From a virus (Duplodnaviria; Caudoviricetes), in the IMG/VR virus record IMGVR_UViG_3300032050_000002: 64,000 nucleotides of DNA. One strand, 5' to 3'. A program made the translations under genes and the position numbers. This document shows, in pieces, positions 44,148 to 56,100 of the stretch. Every line of letters begins with the position of its first letter. Within the stretch, counting starts at the first letter, position 1. The notes under the pieces are model-generated. The model searched no databases, was not told the DNA's origin, and worked only from the letters and a program-made list of their open reading frames with translations.

Positions 44148-45347
44148 ATGTTAAACTTAATTAGAAGAATATTACAAGAGGAAGCTGAGATGAAGGAGAT
44201 GGGTATGAGAATTAATAAGCTCAAACAACTCCAACCATCAAACTATCTATTACAATCTTTAAAACAAAAACAATCTAGAAGTGTAATCTCTAAAAGAGAA
44301 AAGGCAAAATCTGATGCAGAACAAATAAACTCATTGATGCCGGAATTAACTCAGAGTCTAAAAAATTTAAGTTGGGATGAAATAAATATGGAATTATATC
44401 CTAATGGTCATTATTATCTTAAATTACCAAAACATATTTTAGATTTATATAAATTAATTACCAAACTTTATAAAAGAATACCATCAGAATACCAAAGATT
44501 AATTGATAATGTTGAAAGAGTAAAAAGAATTTATCTTGATTGGGATTTGACTTTATCAAATGAAGATGTTAATATGTATCTTGAGAAGAATAGAAACAGA
44601 ACACATTTCCCTGAAGGACTACCACAATCTTTATTAGGTTATAACTTAGGTTATAAAATGTATAGAAAATTGATTGATGATTTGTGGTTTATACAATCTC
44701 AAGAAAACGCGTCAAAAGAAGTCCAAGGAATATATAGACAATTATTACAACAAACAGATTTAAATTGTGTTGTAACAAAGAACACTATATTAATAATGAG
44801 AAGAGATTTAACAAAGGAAGATAAAATAAAAATATTATCAGAATACATATTCCAATGTTATGAGTTTAGCGATAGAGACTTCTTAAAAATTCAAAAAGAT
44901 ATTATTCTTGATGGTCCTTTATTAAGAGAACTTGGAGAAAGAAGAGTTCAGGCTTTAAATACGAAAATTGCGGAATACAGTCAAAACTATACTAGAAGAG
45001 CATTTGAGAATTCCCCTTTTGATGTTGACTATACTTATGATGAGAATGAACTTAAACAATATGGTTCTAAGAACCGTAAAGATGATAGTGAAGATGATAG
45101 TGAAGAGGATAATGATGGTGAATGTATACCTTGTAGTCATTGTGAAGGAGAGGGTCAGACTGAATGTGAGTATTGTTTTGGTGAGGGTCAGTTTGAATGT
45201 GAGGATTGCGAAGGTAGTGGTAATGATGATGAAGGTAATCAATGTGGAGGTTGTGACGGTAGTGGGTATGTCGATTGCGAAGATTGTGATGGACGTGGTT
45301 ATGATGATTGTAGATACTGTGATTCTTCGGGATGTGCTAACAACTAA
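44148..45347 (+). CDS. Leader-bearing protein with C-terminal DnaJ-type CxxCxGxG zinc fingers
   Basis: Six CxxCxGxG-like motifs; no J-domain HPD. Confidence 0.65.
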   Translation: MLNLIRRILQEEAEMKEMGMRINKLKQLQPSNYLLQSLKQKQSRSVISKREKAKSDAEQINSLMPELTQSLKNLSWDEINMELYPNGHYYLKLPKHILDLYKLITKLYKRIPSEYQRLIDNVERVKRIYLDWDLTLSNEDVNMYLEKNRNRTHFPEGLPQSLLGYNLGYKMYRKLIDDLWFIQSQENASKEVQGIYRQLLQQTDLNCVVTKNTILIMRRDLTKEDKIKILSEYIFQCYEFSDRDFLKIQKDIILDGPLLRELGERRVQALNTKIAEYSQNYTRRAFENSPFDVDYTYDENELKQYGSKNRKDDSEDDSEEDNDGECIPCSHCEGEGQTECEYCFGEGQFECEDCEGSGNDDEGNQCGGCDGSGYVDCEDCDGRGYDDCRYCDSSGCANN

Positions 45348-46477
45348 AAAAAAATAAACCCCCTCTGATAAAAAAGAGGGGTTTTTGATTTAAAAGAGAT
45401 TATATGTGGGCGGATTTTATAAAAACAATAACAGAATTATTTAATAGAATAGATAAAGACGATAAAGAACTTAGAGAAAAAATATCAATATTACTTTATG
45501 AAATGCGACTTTTATTACTTAGTGTTTCAGATAATTTAGAAAAAAATGAAGAGGTTAATATCTGTTCTCAAACTATGGAATCTTTAACTAATGAAATATA
45601 TGAAAGTTTAAAAAATTACATTAGAGTTGAGGATATGGATAAAACTTACAAAATACTAAAACATTGTTCTCATATTGATGTGGAATTTGATGAGTATGAC
45701 AATAATAAAAAATCTATATTCTTAAAAGAAGTTGCGGAAGAAATTAAATCGTTATCCTTTTCGGTGTGTTTTATTGACAACTAAATAAAAATAAATTATA
45801 ATTTATATATGAATAACGAACAAAAAGCGGCCGCCTACGGACAATTATTAAATGAACATACCAGAATTGGTAATCAAATTGCCGAAATTAAAGGACAAAA
45901 TCTTGAATTAAACCAACAACAACTTCAAAAAGTTAAACAACTTGAATCTTTACAAGTTAAGATAATGAGAGATATTAATAGGTTATTCACTTCTTAATTT
46001 ACAAACCTATTGGATATTTATTGTAAATGCCGTCTAGAGATAATAATTTTACAAAAGAACAAATAAAGGGAATATCTTTAACTATTAAAGGTTTATCTAA
46101 AAAATATAAATTTGTTAAGAATTGGGAATTTTCACATGATTTTGAACAATATGCCTCAATACTTTATTTAAACATTTATATCGATGTAGATATTTTAAGC
46201 GAATTTGTTGGAATTGAGGTTGATGATTTTTATAGAGACAGGATTTTAAAACATCCTGACTATGCCGAATACCACAGACTATTCGGTCCTTTAAAATACG
46301 ATTATCAAAATAAAGAAATTGCTGAAAAATCATCTCAGATGAAAGAAGATATGATAACTTATATGAATGATACATATAGTATGTTCCCTGAAAATCTTAG
46401 AATTCAATATAACGTTTTTTCAGATACGATGGTCGATGTTAAGTTAGGTATAGATATATTTAAACCAATAGAACTTT

Positions 46478-47257
46478 TTAACCGATAGAACCAATTTCGG
46501 AATCAACAATATTATAATTCTGACCAAAAAATAAACTAGGGTCTTTGCTTAGACTACCAAAAAATACATCTCCCGAGATAATTTTACCAATATCAAAAAC
46601 ACCTCTCACATTGGTAAATTTAACATCAATAATAAATGATTGATTATTTAGTTCTACGTTATCAATTAAAATATCATTTAATTTATCTTCATAGTTTTTT
46701 TCATCCATAACCTCAATAGTTGAGAATAATGATTTATCCCAAGAAATGTAAAATTGTTCTTCCACCTCAACCGTATCATCTTTAATAAAATAACCATTAC
46801 CATCACACTCGGTACATTTATACGCTCCCCTGCCATCACAACTTGAGCATTTTAAATTACCACCACCTTGACACTCATCACAAGTTTCGCCCCAATTATC
46901 GCCATCGCCTCCACATTCATGACAACTTTCTTCTCCGTCACCCATACATTGGGAGCAGTCGGCATAACCTTCCCCAACACAATAATCACAAGTATCCGTT
47001 GGTTCAATATCATGAACATTAATAAGTGAAAAGGTAAATAAATTATAATATATTTTATCGTACAATGAGTTTAAATCTTCATTTAAGTTAGAGTAAGGAG
47101 TTAAAAAACAAAAAATTACAATATCTATTGCACTAAGGGCTTTAAAATACATAGGATAGTCTTTTTTTATTTTACCATAAATTAATTTAGGTGATTCTAA
47201 ATTAGAATGACTCCTATTAAATTTTTTACATATGGTAATTAACTTTGATTTTTCCAT
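46478..47257 (-). CDS. DnaJ-type zinc-finger protein
   Basis: CDYCVGEG, CSQCMGDG, CHECGGDG, CDECQGGG, CSSCDGRG, CTECDGNG. Confidence 0.65.
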   Translation of the reverse strand: MEKSKLITICKKFNRSHSNLESPKLIYGKIKKDYPMYFKALSAIDIVIFCFLTPYSNLNEDLNSLYDKIYYNLFTFSLINVHDIEPTDTCDYCVGEGYADCSQCMGDGEESCHECGGDGDNWGETCDECQGGGNLKCSSCDGRGAYKCTECDGNGYFIKDDTVEVEEQFYISWDKSLFSTIEVMDEKNYEDKLNDILIDNVELNNQSFIIDVKFTNVRGVFDIGKIISGDVFFGSLSKDPSLFFGQNYNIVDSEIGSIG

Positions 47258-47849
47258 TGAAATTATTTATATTATATAAATATGAAAAAGATATTTATTA
47301 TTCCTTTAATTTTATTATTTGGTTGTGAATATAAACAACCCAAACAAATAACAAAAAAATGTGTTATACAAAGTTTTAAAATAAAACAATCAATATCTAC
47401 AATAGAACCTGAACCCGTATATTTATATTATACCGATTGTGGTAACACTATAAAAACAAAAAGTAAGTATCATGTTGGTGATACAATAACTTATATAACT
47501 AATATAACTAGATAATATGGGAAGTTCATATAGAAAATTAAAAACTATTTTAGAATCAAATCTTTCACTTGAAAAAAGATATTTGTTAAGAGAGCAAGCT
47601 CCATCAACAGGTGCAACTACAGGTAATACAACCACAACAACAACCGCAGCCCCAACAACCACAACTACGACAACGGTAAAAAAAATTACAGATAAGGATA
47701 TTACTAATATGCCTAAGTGTTCAAGTTTTAAAGGTGCGTTTACAGGTGCGTCATCCGCTAAAACTGAAAATTTTATAATTTACTATAAAGACAATTTAAA
47801 ATGTAAAAAACCTATTGAATCTGAGGAATAATTTTCTTAGATTTGATAT

Positions 47850-48464
47850 ATGAATAAATTAGATAAAGATTATCAAAACCTATTAAGGGATATTTTACAA
47901 AATGGAACCAAAAAGCAAGACAGAACTGGAACAGGAACACTCTCAGTATTTGGAAGACAATTTAGACATGATTTTCGGGACGGATTTCCTCTCCTCACCA
48001 CAAAACGAATGGCTTTTAAACAGATTGTTACAGAACTCATCTGGTTCCTCCGAGGAGACACAAACATCAAATTCTTAGTTAATAATAATTGTCACATTTG
48101 GGATGGTGATGCTTATAAGAATTGGTGTAGACAATTTGAAGTTGACCCAAATAATTTTGATACCGAAGAATTATCTAAAGGTCATAATGACCAATGTTGG
48201 GGTTACTCCATATTAGACCACGTTAAACCTACATCAAAAGAATATAAAAGAGGTCAAATAAATGCTTATTTAGAAGGTAAAGCAGATAAACCTTTCTTTT
48301 ATTTAACACAAGAAGAATTCATCAACAAAATCAAAACCGATAATGAGTTTGCTAATAAGTGGGGTGAATTAGGGCCTGTGTATGGGGCTGGTTGGCGTAA
48401 TTGGGGTGGTAAATCAGATGACAATCTTTACGAAGATTATTTGAAAAAAGTTAAAGAAAAGTAG
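47850..48464 (+). CDS. thyA: Thymidylate synthase, N-terminal part
   Basis: [43 protein letters not shown] then stop. Confidence 0.9.
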   Translation: MNKLDKDYQNLLRDILQNGTKKQDRTGTGTLSVFGRQFRHDFRDGFPLLTTKRMAFKQIVTELIWFLRGDTNIKFLVNNNCHIWDGDAYKNWCRQFEVDPNNFDTEELSKGHNDQCWGYSILDHVKPTSKEYKRGQINAYLEGKADKPFFYLTQEEFINKIKTDNEFANKWGELGPVYGAGWRNWGGKSDDNLYEDYLKKVKEK

Positions 48465-48503
48465 TATTTTTCCATTTATTACCATATTTATATATAGTAA
48501 ACA

Positions 48504-49205
48504 ATGGTAATTATGGACTACAAAAGAATACACGACAACCTTATTGAAAGAGGAAAAAATAGAAAATTAGATGGATATGTTGAAAGACATCACATTATAC
48601 CAAAATGTATGAACGGGACAAATGAACCAAATAATTTAGTGGAATTAACAGCAAGAGAACATTTTTTAGTACATTGGTTATTACACGAAATGTATCCAGA
48701 AAATAGTGATTTAAGGTATGCCTTTTGGTCAATGTGTCGTAATTCAGATAACCAACAAAGATATAAACCATCTTCAAGGGTATATGAATATGCTAAACAT
48801 AAAATGTTAGAAATATGGCAAAAGTTCAAACCATCAGATAAACAAATAAATTCTATTAAAGAAAGTTTAACTGGAACTAAATGGTATCATAAACCAGATG
48901 GAACTAATTTAAGAGCATTTCCAAATGACCCAAAAATTAGTGATGAAGGATGGTTACCTGGTAGGTTTGGTGGTAAATCAATTTCTGATAAGGCTAACAA
49001 AGTTAAAGAGAAGAAATACGAAGGAAAGAAATTACCTTCAACATCAAACAAAAGATGTTCAATAGATGGTGTTGAATTTGAATCGGCTAAAGCGGCTGCG
49101 GACTTTCTTAATATAAATGAATTTTCTATTAGATGGATATTACAGGGTGGAGGTCGGTCAGAGAAACATAAAGAAAAATACAAAAATTGGTTCTATATAA
49201 AATGA
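48504..49205 (+). CDS. HNH homing endonuclease
   Basis: ERHHIIPKCMNGTNEPNNLVELTAREHFLVHWLL; own TATTTAT motif. Confidence 0.85.
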   Translation: MVIMDYKRIHDNLIERGKNRKLDGYVERHHIIPKCMNGTNEPNNLVELTAREHFLVHWLLHEMYPENSDLRYAFWSMCRNSDNQQRYKPSSRVYEYAKHKMLEIWQKFKPSDKQINSIKESLTGTKWYHKPDGTNLRAFPNDPKISDEGWLPGRFGGKSISDKANKVKEKKYEGKKLPSTSNKRCSIDGVEFESAKAAADFLNINEFSIRWILQGGGRSEKHKEKYKNWFYIK

Positions 49206-49615
49206 AAATAGAAATACCTTTATATGATATTAAAATTAAATTTTACTTTGACTATGATTTAGGTAAACCCATTAAAAAGATAAAGAAAAAACATAATAAG
49301 AAAAAACTTTATAATGTAAGAAGTAAAATTGATTTTTGTGGAATTGTTATTGGTGAGTTTATACCAAAGGATAAGTTAATTTATGTTTTAATAGAAAAAA
49401 CTAAAAAGGGTATTAATATAGATACATTAACTCACGAAATATATCATTTAACAACCAAAATAATGAAACACAATAACTTCAAGTTTAATAAAACAGATGA
49501 ACCTTTTGCGAGATTAAATGGGAAGTTAAATTCAATTATTATGTGTGAATTAATTAAACATGGTGAGAAGTTATATTACCCAATTGAAACTAAAAAGATA
49601 AAAATAAAATGGTAA
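49202..49615 (+). CDS. HExxH-containing hypothetical protein
   Basis: LTHEIYHLT...DEPFA. Confidence 0.5.
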   Translation: MKIEIPLYDIKIKFYFDYDLGKPIKKIKKKHNKKKLYNVRSKIDFCGIVIGEFIPKDKLIYVLIEKTKKGINIDTLTHEIYHLTTKIMKHNNFKFNKTDEPFARLNGKLNSIIMCELIKHGEKLYYPIETKKIKIKW

Positions 49616-50144
49616 AAATGATAAAACAAGAATGTTCATTATTACAGTTAGATATGACTGATGAACAAATAAATGAGTTAATAAAAATAAGTAAAGAAGA
49701 TTTAATTGAATCTAAAGGTAGTTTTGATGAAGATACTCTTTATAATTTATCATTATCTAATGTTAAATTACATTGGGTTAGATTTATTAGACAATACTCA
49801 AACAACCCACTTAATGAAATAATTGAGGTTGATAAGATTATCAATGAAGAAACATTAAAAGTTAAAACTTTATTAAAATAATATGTGTGATTTAATCTAC
49901 TTATTCAATTGCTGGTGGAAAACAGTAAGGAAAGGAAGACCTAATAAACGGTCATTTTTAATTTTTTCAAAAAGATTACAATTAGAAATAGAATGTTTGT
50001 TATGTACTGGTAGATTTACATCTGAGATTTAGTGTGATGGATAAAAAATATTGTGTATAACGTTTCGTGGCTATATTTAGTGCCGAATTAAATAGTATAA
50101 AATTTAAATAATAGATAAAATGAGTAAAGAAAAACAAACCATCA

Positions 50145-51083
50145 ATGAAGAAGTTGAAAGACAAAACGACAAAACGAATAAATAAAGCTATGGAGTATTT
50201 ACACGAAGATGGAACTCCTTTTACAAAAGAAGAGTTTCTACAAAAATTAAAAACAGATAAGGAATTTAATAATGAGTTCGGTAATAAAGGAATAGACCAA
50301 ATCGCAAACCTAATCAACGACCTCAAAACAAATCCAGACTCAAGAAGACTAATGGTTTCAGCTTGGAATGTAGGTGAATTAGACCAAATGGTTCTTCCTC
50401 CCTGTCATTATGGATTTCAAGTTTATACAAGAGAGTTGAGTGAGTTAGAAAGACATGATATTAAAGAACAATATGGGTTTGATTGTAGAAAATTAGCAAA
50501 ACCTTCTATTAAACAATTAGATGATGCGAACATCCCAACCAGAGCAATCTCTTTAATGTGGAATCAACGTTCAGTAGATACATTCTTAGGTTTACCATTT
50601 AATATTGCATCATATGGTTTACTACTTGAAATTATAGCTAAATCAGTTAATATGATACCTGATGAATTGATTGGTAACTTGGGTGATGTGCATTTATATT
50701 CAAACCATATTGAACAAGCTAAAGAACAGATTGGTAGAGAGTTAGATATAATTGAGAGAATAAATTACGGAGTTAATATTTTAGGTTATGAATCATTATT
50801 AGACTATGGCCATTCTCAGAATGAAGATGAATTAATAACAAAGTTATGTAATGAATGGGGTGTACCAAAAAGAACAAGAGAACCATATCCATTACCAACA
50901 TTAAACATCAATACAGAATTTTGGCCTTATGAAGGTGGTGAGTGTGGTGTAGGTCCTTTAGACGCTATTAAAGTGTTTGAAGCGTTTAAAAATGATAACT
51001 TCTGTAGATGTTTATTAGAAGAAGATATACAATTAGGTAACTATCAATCACACCAAACAATTAAAGCTCCCCTATCCAATTAA
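50145..51083 (+). CDS. thyA: Thymidylate synthase, C-terminal catalytic part (alt. start 50190)
   Basis: IDQI, PDSRRLMVSAWN, LPPCH, QRSVD.FLGLPFNIASY, GDVHLY.NH. Confidence 0.9.
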   Translation: MKKLKDKTTKRINKAMEYLHEDGTPFTKEEFLQKLKTDKEFNNEFGNKGIDQIANLINDLKTNPDSRRLMVSAWNVGELDQMVLPPCHYGFQVYTRELSELERHDIKEQYGFDCRKLAKPSIKQLDDANIPTRAISLMWNQRSVDTFLGLPFNIASYGLLLEIIAKSVNMIPDELIGNLGDVHLYSNHIEQAKEQIGRELDIIERINYGVNILGYESLLDYGHSQNEDELITKLCNEWGVPKRTREPYPLPTLNINTEFWPYEGGECGVGPLDAIKVFEAFKNDNFCRCLLEEDIQLGNYQSHQTIKAPLSN

Positions 51084-51204
51084 TGAAAATCACAAAAATA
51101 AAATTAGATAAAAGTAATCGAATGTTACGACTTGGTTTTGGAAAACATGAAGGTAAATGGTTTTTTAGAATTGATTTGTGGTTTTTTGGTTTTAGATTAA
51201 CATA

Positions 51205-51591
51205 ATGATGAGAAAACCTGACAATGTTGCCGACAATCCCGGTCTTTTACCTTATGGTAGTAATATCGGAGCCCCATCAATAAAAATTGATAACGTTGAT
51301 GGTTGGAAAAAATCTAATGTTTTTAAAGTTAACAAAGAATTAAATACAAGATTTGAAGAATTAAAAAATCAATACCAAAAACTGATTGAGGAATATGAAT
51401 GGAATCAGTTAGTATATTCTGCACATTATAATTTTGAACCAATTATCGGAGAAACTTATCATCTGTATAGAAATAATGATAAAATTTTTTTATCTTTAAT
51501 TAAACCTGAAGAATGGAAATTAGAGTATTTGGGTAGTTTTAAGTTAGATTCAAATAACAAGTGGAATAAATTAGATGAAATACATTTTTAA
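51205..51591 (+). CDS. DUF2452-like protein
   Basis: LLPYGSNIGAPSI...FEPIIGETYHLY. Confidence 0.5.
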   Translation: MMRKPDNVADNPGLLPYGSNIGAPSIKIDNVDGWKKSNVFKVNKELNTRFEELKNQYQKLIEEYEWNQLVYSAHYNFEPIIGETYHLYRNNDKIFLSLIKPEEWKLEYLGSFKLDSNNKWNKLDEIHF

Positions 51592-52411
51592 TGTAATAAA
51601 AGAATTTAAATGGTCTTTATTACTCATATATTTTTACATAGTTTTAGTTGAGGTTATACATTTGGTAGAACCTTACATCTTAGGAAAGAGTATTGATGGT
51701 CTTTTAAAGAAAGAATATGGTTGGTTAATTTTGTTTTTTACCACATCTATGGTCTCAAATGTTATATTCTTTAAGAGAATGTTATTTGACACAAAAATAT
51801 ATACCAAAATATATAATAAAATCGTTTTTAAATATCTAAGAGCCAATAAAGACTGTAATACCTCAACAAGAGTTGCGAGAACCGAAATGACTAATCAAAT
51901 TGTTGGATTCTTAGAACACGAAATTCACTATTATATATCATCAGTTCTTTCTGTTTTTGGTAGTTTATTTTTTATATTTTTACAACATACCCCAACAGGT
52001 TTTGTAACATTATCTTGTATGATACCAATAATATTTATTGTTTCAAAGTTTTATAAAAAAATTGGTCAAGGAACAAAAATTCTTCACTCCCACTACGAAA
52101 AGAAGATGTCAACAATGGATACAAATTCAATGACACTAATTGAAAGTTTCTTTAAGAGAAGAGCGAGACTAATTGTTTATCAATCAACAATACAAGGTAA
52201 AAATTGGTTTTCACTAAACTCAACAAAAATGTGTTTTTTAATTTTAGCACTATTTGTATTTACACATAACAATGTAAATTTAACTCAAGGACAAGCAATT
52301 TCAATGTACGCATATATACATCAATTCTTGATATCTTTATTATCAATCCCTGTCGGGATGGAGACATTTACAAGAATGAAAGACATATTAAATAGAATAA
52401 AAGAAAAATGA
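51575..52411 (+). CDS. ABC-transporter six-TM domain without ATPase
   Basis: PYILGKSIDGLL, multiple TM helices, no Walker motifs. Confidence 0.6.
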   Translation: MKYIFNVIKEFKWSLLLIYFYIVLVEVIHLVEPYILGKSIDGLLKKEYGWLILFFTTSMVSNVIFFKRMLFDTKIYTKIYNKIVFKYLRANKDCNTSTRVARTEMTNQIVGFLEHEIHYYISSVLSVFGSLFFIFLQHTPTGFVTLSCMIPIIFIVSKFYKKIGQGTKILHSHYEKKMSTMDTNSMTLIESFFKRRARLIVYQSTIQGKNWFSLNSTKMCFLILALFVFTHNNVNLTQGQAISMYAYIHQFLISLLSIPVGMETFTRMKDILNRIKEK

Positions 52412-52493
52412 TTAAAAAAATATTAACTTGGTTAAGTTTTATAGAAAACAAAAGATTAGATTATTTATCTAAATCAATCTTTGGTAAATTATA

Positions 52494-53096
52494 GTGGAAT
52501 TAAACCATAACATACCCCATTTTAAATGTCTTGTTAGACAATCTTATTTTACAAAAAATGAAGAACATAAAAACATTTACAATAACTGTTACGCATTTGC
52601 AATACAATCAGTTCCCGCAAAAATATTGACCTTTCATGTAATTACTGATTATGGAATGGTTAGGTCAAGAGTCCCAATATCTGAGATTTATTTAAAAGAA
52701 CCAACCAATGATGTTCCTTTTTATTTTAAACAACTTTGGGATTGTTTTGATAAGAATGTTACAGTTACAACTTACGACTTTTTAAAATCAAATAGGTGTG
52801 AAGTTGTATTGAGAGATAGAACAAAAGTTTGGGCAACTTATATGTTCACTATAGATTGGTTTGACAACCCTTTTAGTGATGAGCCTTCAGATTATAAATG
52901 TGGTCATGTATTAGTTTCTGATGATGGTTATCTTTTATGTATGCCAAATAATAGAATCTATTGGAGAGACTCTAATTGGGTAACAAAAGAATTTCCTGTT
53001 GAACTCAAAGATATTAAAGTAGACACCGAACTACTGAGTGTTGAGAGTGTTTCTGACAGATGGGTATCTGATGATACGGATTCTTTTTATTACTAA
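52494..53096 (+). CDS. Conserved hypothetical phage protein
   Basis: LNHNIP...QLWDCF...FTIDW...MPNNRIYW. Confidence 0.55.
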   Translation: MELNHNIPHFKCLVRQSYFTKNEEHKNIYNNCYAFAIQSVPAKILTFHVITDYGMVRSRVPISEIYLKEPTNDVPFYFKQLWDCFDKNVTVTTYDFLKSNRCEVVLRDRTKVWATYMFTIDWFDNPFSDEPSDYKCGHVLVSDDGYLLCMPNNRIYWRDSNWVTKEFPVELKDIKVDTELLSVESVSDRWVSDDTDSFYY

Positions 53097-53196
53097 CCCT
53101 TTTTAACATGATTCTTGTGCCATAATATAAATGGTAATTGCCAACAAGAGTTGTAATAAGTTATCCACATCAACCAAAGATTTGTATTTTCTTTCA

Positions 53197-56100
53197 TTAA
53201 TCTATTTTAGAAAAAAGTGTTGTTAAATACTTTTTATTCTCATCATATATTGTTATTTGGTAGAAACCCGTATTCAAAAATCTTAAATCAACTTCATCTT
53301 CAGAATTTATATTTTTAGTTAAATAAACTTTACCTAATATATCTGAAACAACTAAATTAAATTTCTCACTTTCATTATGAAATATTCTTATTTGTAATAA
53401 ACCATTACCCGGATTCGGAAATACTATAAATTCAAAATCTTTATTATCTATTTCACCAAAACCAACTGTTTTTGATGTATTACAAACTTTAGTAACTCCA
53501 AAATAAGCCATTGGACTTGAACCACAAGTATTAACACCCATCACACTAAATGTACCACCCATAAAAGATGAGCTTGTTTTAGCCATAACACTATTTCCTG
53601 TTGTTGAACCAATAAATTGAGTTCCGTTAGAGTTATTCCAAATATAACTTGTAATTCTTGGAGATGTTGATGCAACTAATCTAATTGTATCAGGAAAACA
53701 AACCGATGAAGTTCCTGTAACAGTGGGTCTAACAGTCAATAAACCAACTTTCTTTTTACTTAATACACTACCACAAGCAAATTGTGTCGCTAATCTTATA
53801 CTATCACAAGAATTATTAATACAAGATGTGGATTCAAAATTACTTGGGAAAAATACGTCTATAGAGTTCGTTCCTTGACCTCTCACTATTTGAGCATTTC
53901 CTGGTACAGTCCAATTAAACGATAACGCTCCTGTTGTAGATACACTATACGTGTTAGTAAACCCATTATCAACACAATTAACACCACTTATACTAACACT
54001 TGGTAAACCCAAATCAACGGTTCTAATTCTTGTTATAGGATTTCCACATCCACCCGTAATTACAACTTGAATGTTTCCACCTGTAAAACCATTTTGGAAT
54101 GTTACATTAATTGAATTAGTTCCCTGACCACTAATTATTGTTGAGTTAGCAGGTACAGTCCACAAATAGTTAACTCCACTTATTGGACTAACACTAAACG
54201 TTGCAGGAGTGTTAGTTCCTACTAAACTACAAACACTTCTTACACCTGAAATTGCTGAAGCGGAAATTGTTGATGTTGTTGTTGATAGTGTTCTATTTGA
54301 AGATATACTTCCTCCACAACCATTGTTTAAGTTAACACTAATTGTTCCTGAACTAAATGAGTTAGATACTAATACATTTATTGAATTAGTTCCTTGACCC
54401 GATTGTATTGTCATATTAGTAGGAACAGTCCAAGTAAATGTTCCACTTTGATTTGTAACACTATAAGTAACTGATTGACCTAAGTACGGACACAAATCGC
54501 CAGGGCCTGTTATAGTTCCTATATTAGCGTAAAGATTATTATTAGATACAGTTCCATAAGTCATAGGTGATGAACCACATTTGTTAACTGACATCACACT
54601 AAATTGACCTGAAGTAAAGTTTGTACTAAATTTTACTTTAAGTGTGTCATTACTACTTGAACCTATTATACTAACACCATTAGGTACATTCCAAATATAC
54701 ATAAACGATGTAGGTACAGAATCGACTCTATAAGTGTAAATTGTATTACCATCAGCACAAACTGTTGTAGGTCCTAAGATAGACGTAGGTCTAACAACTA
54801 ATCTATCAATCGTAAATTGAGTTGTACTACTTCCACAAGAATTTGTTGCAGTAACTGAACCACCTGAACCACTTACCAACATTATTGACACTTTAAATTG
54901 TACAGTATCGTTACCTTGTCCACTATATATATTAACTCCATAAGGTACAACCCAATTATAAGTCATATTTGGTTGTGAATTTGTTACAATGTATGATTTA
55001 ATACTACCTGTAGGTTCACCACAGAAACTACCTGATACGATTGGTTTATTAGGTAATTTAGTAACCCAAATACTTCTATGATAAGTAATACCATTAGAAA
55101 CAACATCAACTTCAATACTATCTTGAACGAACCCTGAAGAAAAATTAACATTTATTGTTGGGTTACTTAATCCATTAGTTGATGTTATACCATTAGGTAA
55201 AATCCAAGTAATACTTTCAGGACTTGCGTTAGAATAATCAATGGTATATGAACCAGAACTAAGACCACATATTGAAGTGGGACCTTCTATTTGACCAACA
55301 TTAATAATTGCTGACGTACAACCCAAAGTCATTGGAGAAACTGATTGACAACCTTTAGAATCCGTAACAGTTAATGTGTAATTACCTGACGCGACGCCCG
55401 TTAAATTTTGTGTTGTTTGACCATTTGACCAACTGTATGTAAAAGGAGGAGTTCCACCAATAACACTACTACTTACAACACCATTATTTGAACCACAATT
55501 AGGGTAAGTTGTTATATCTAATGATATACTAATTTCTGATGGTTGAGAAATATTAATATATGTAATTTTTGTACAACCTTTATTATCTGTAACAGTAATT
55601 TGATAATTACCTGATGTTAAATTAGAAATACTACTTTGAGTATTTCCTGTATTCCACATATAAAGATAAGGTAGAGTTCCTCCTGACGCAGTAACCGAAG
55701 CGCTACCATTATTACCACCATAACAATTCACATTTGTCGTTGTTACAATTGTTGTTAGTTGAGTTGGTTGAGTTATTGTAACCGTTCTTGTCGTCTGACA
55801 CCCCTTTGAATCCGTAACTGTTACACTATAAGTGTTTGCCACAAGTGAGAAAATATCTTCTGTTGTTTGACCATTACTCCATAAGTAAGTATAAGGTGAT
55901 GTTCCTCCTGATGGAGTTAAGTTTATACTACCGCCAGGTTGTCCAAAACAACTTGGGTTAAAACTAGTTGATGTTGAGGCAAGTAACGTAGGTTGAGTAA
56001 TTGTGATTGATGTAGTTGATGTACAACCATAAAAATCTGTGACTGTAACTGAATAATCTCCTGATGTTAGGTTTGATATGTCCTCAGTAGTTCCACCATT

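Noticed and set aside
48462-48464. TAG readthrough joining the thyA halves
   Set aside because: 1.7 kb with many in-frame stops follows, so readthrough cannot join them.
48465-50144. Group I intron in thyA
   Set aside because: I could not identify P/Q/R/S core elements; the insert is almost fully ORF-covered and AT-rich. Not excluded without an Rfam scan.
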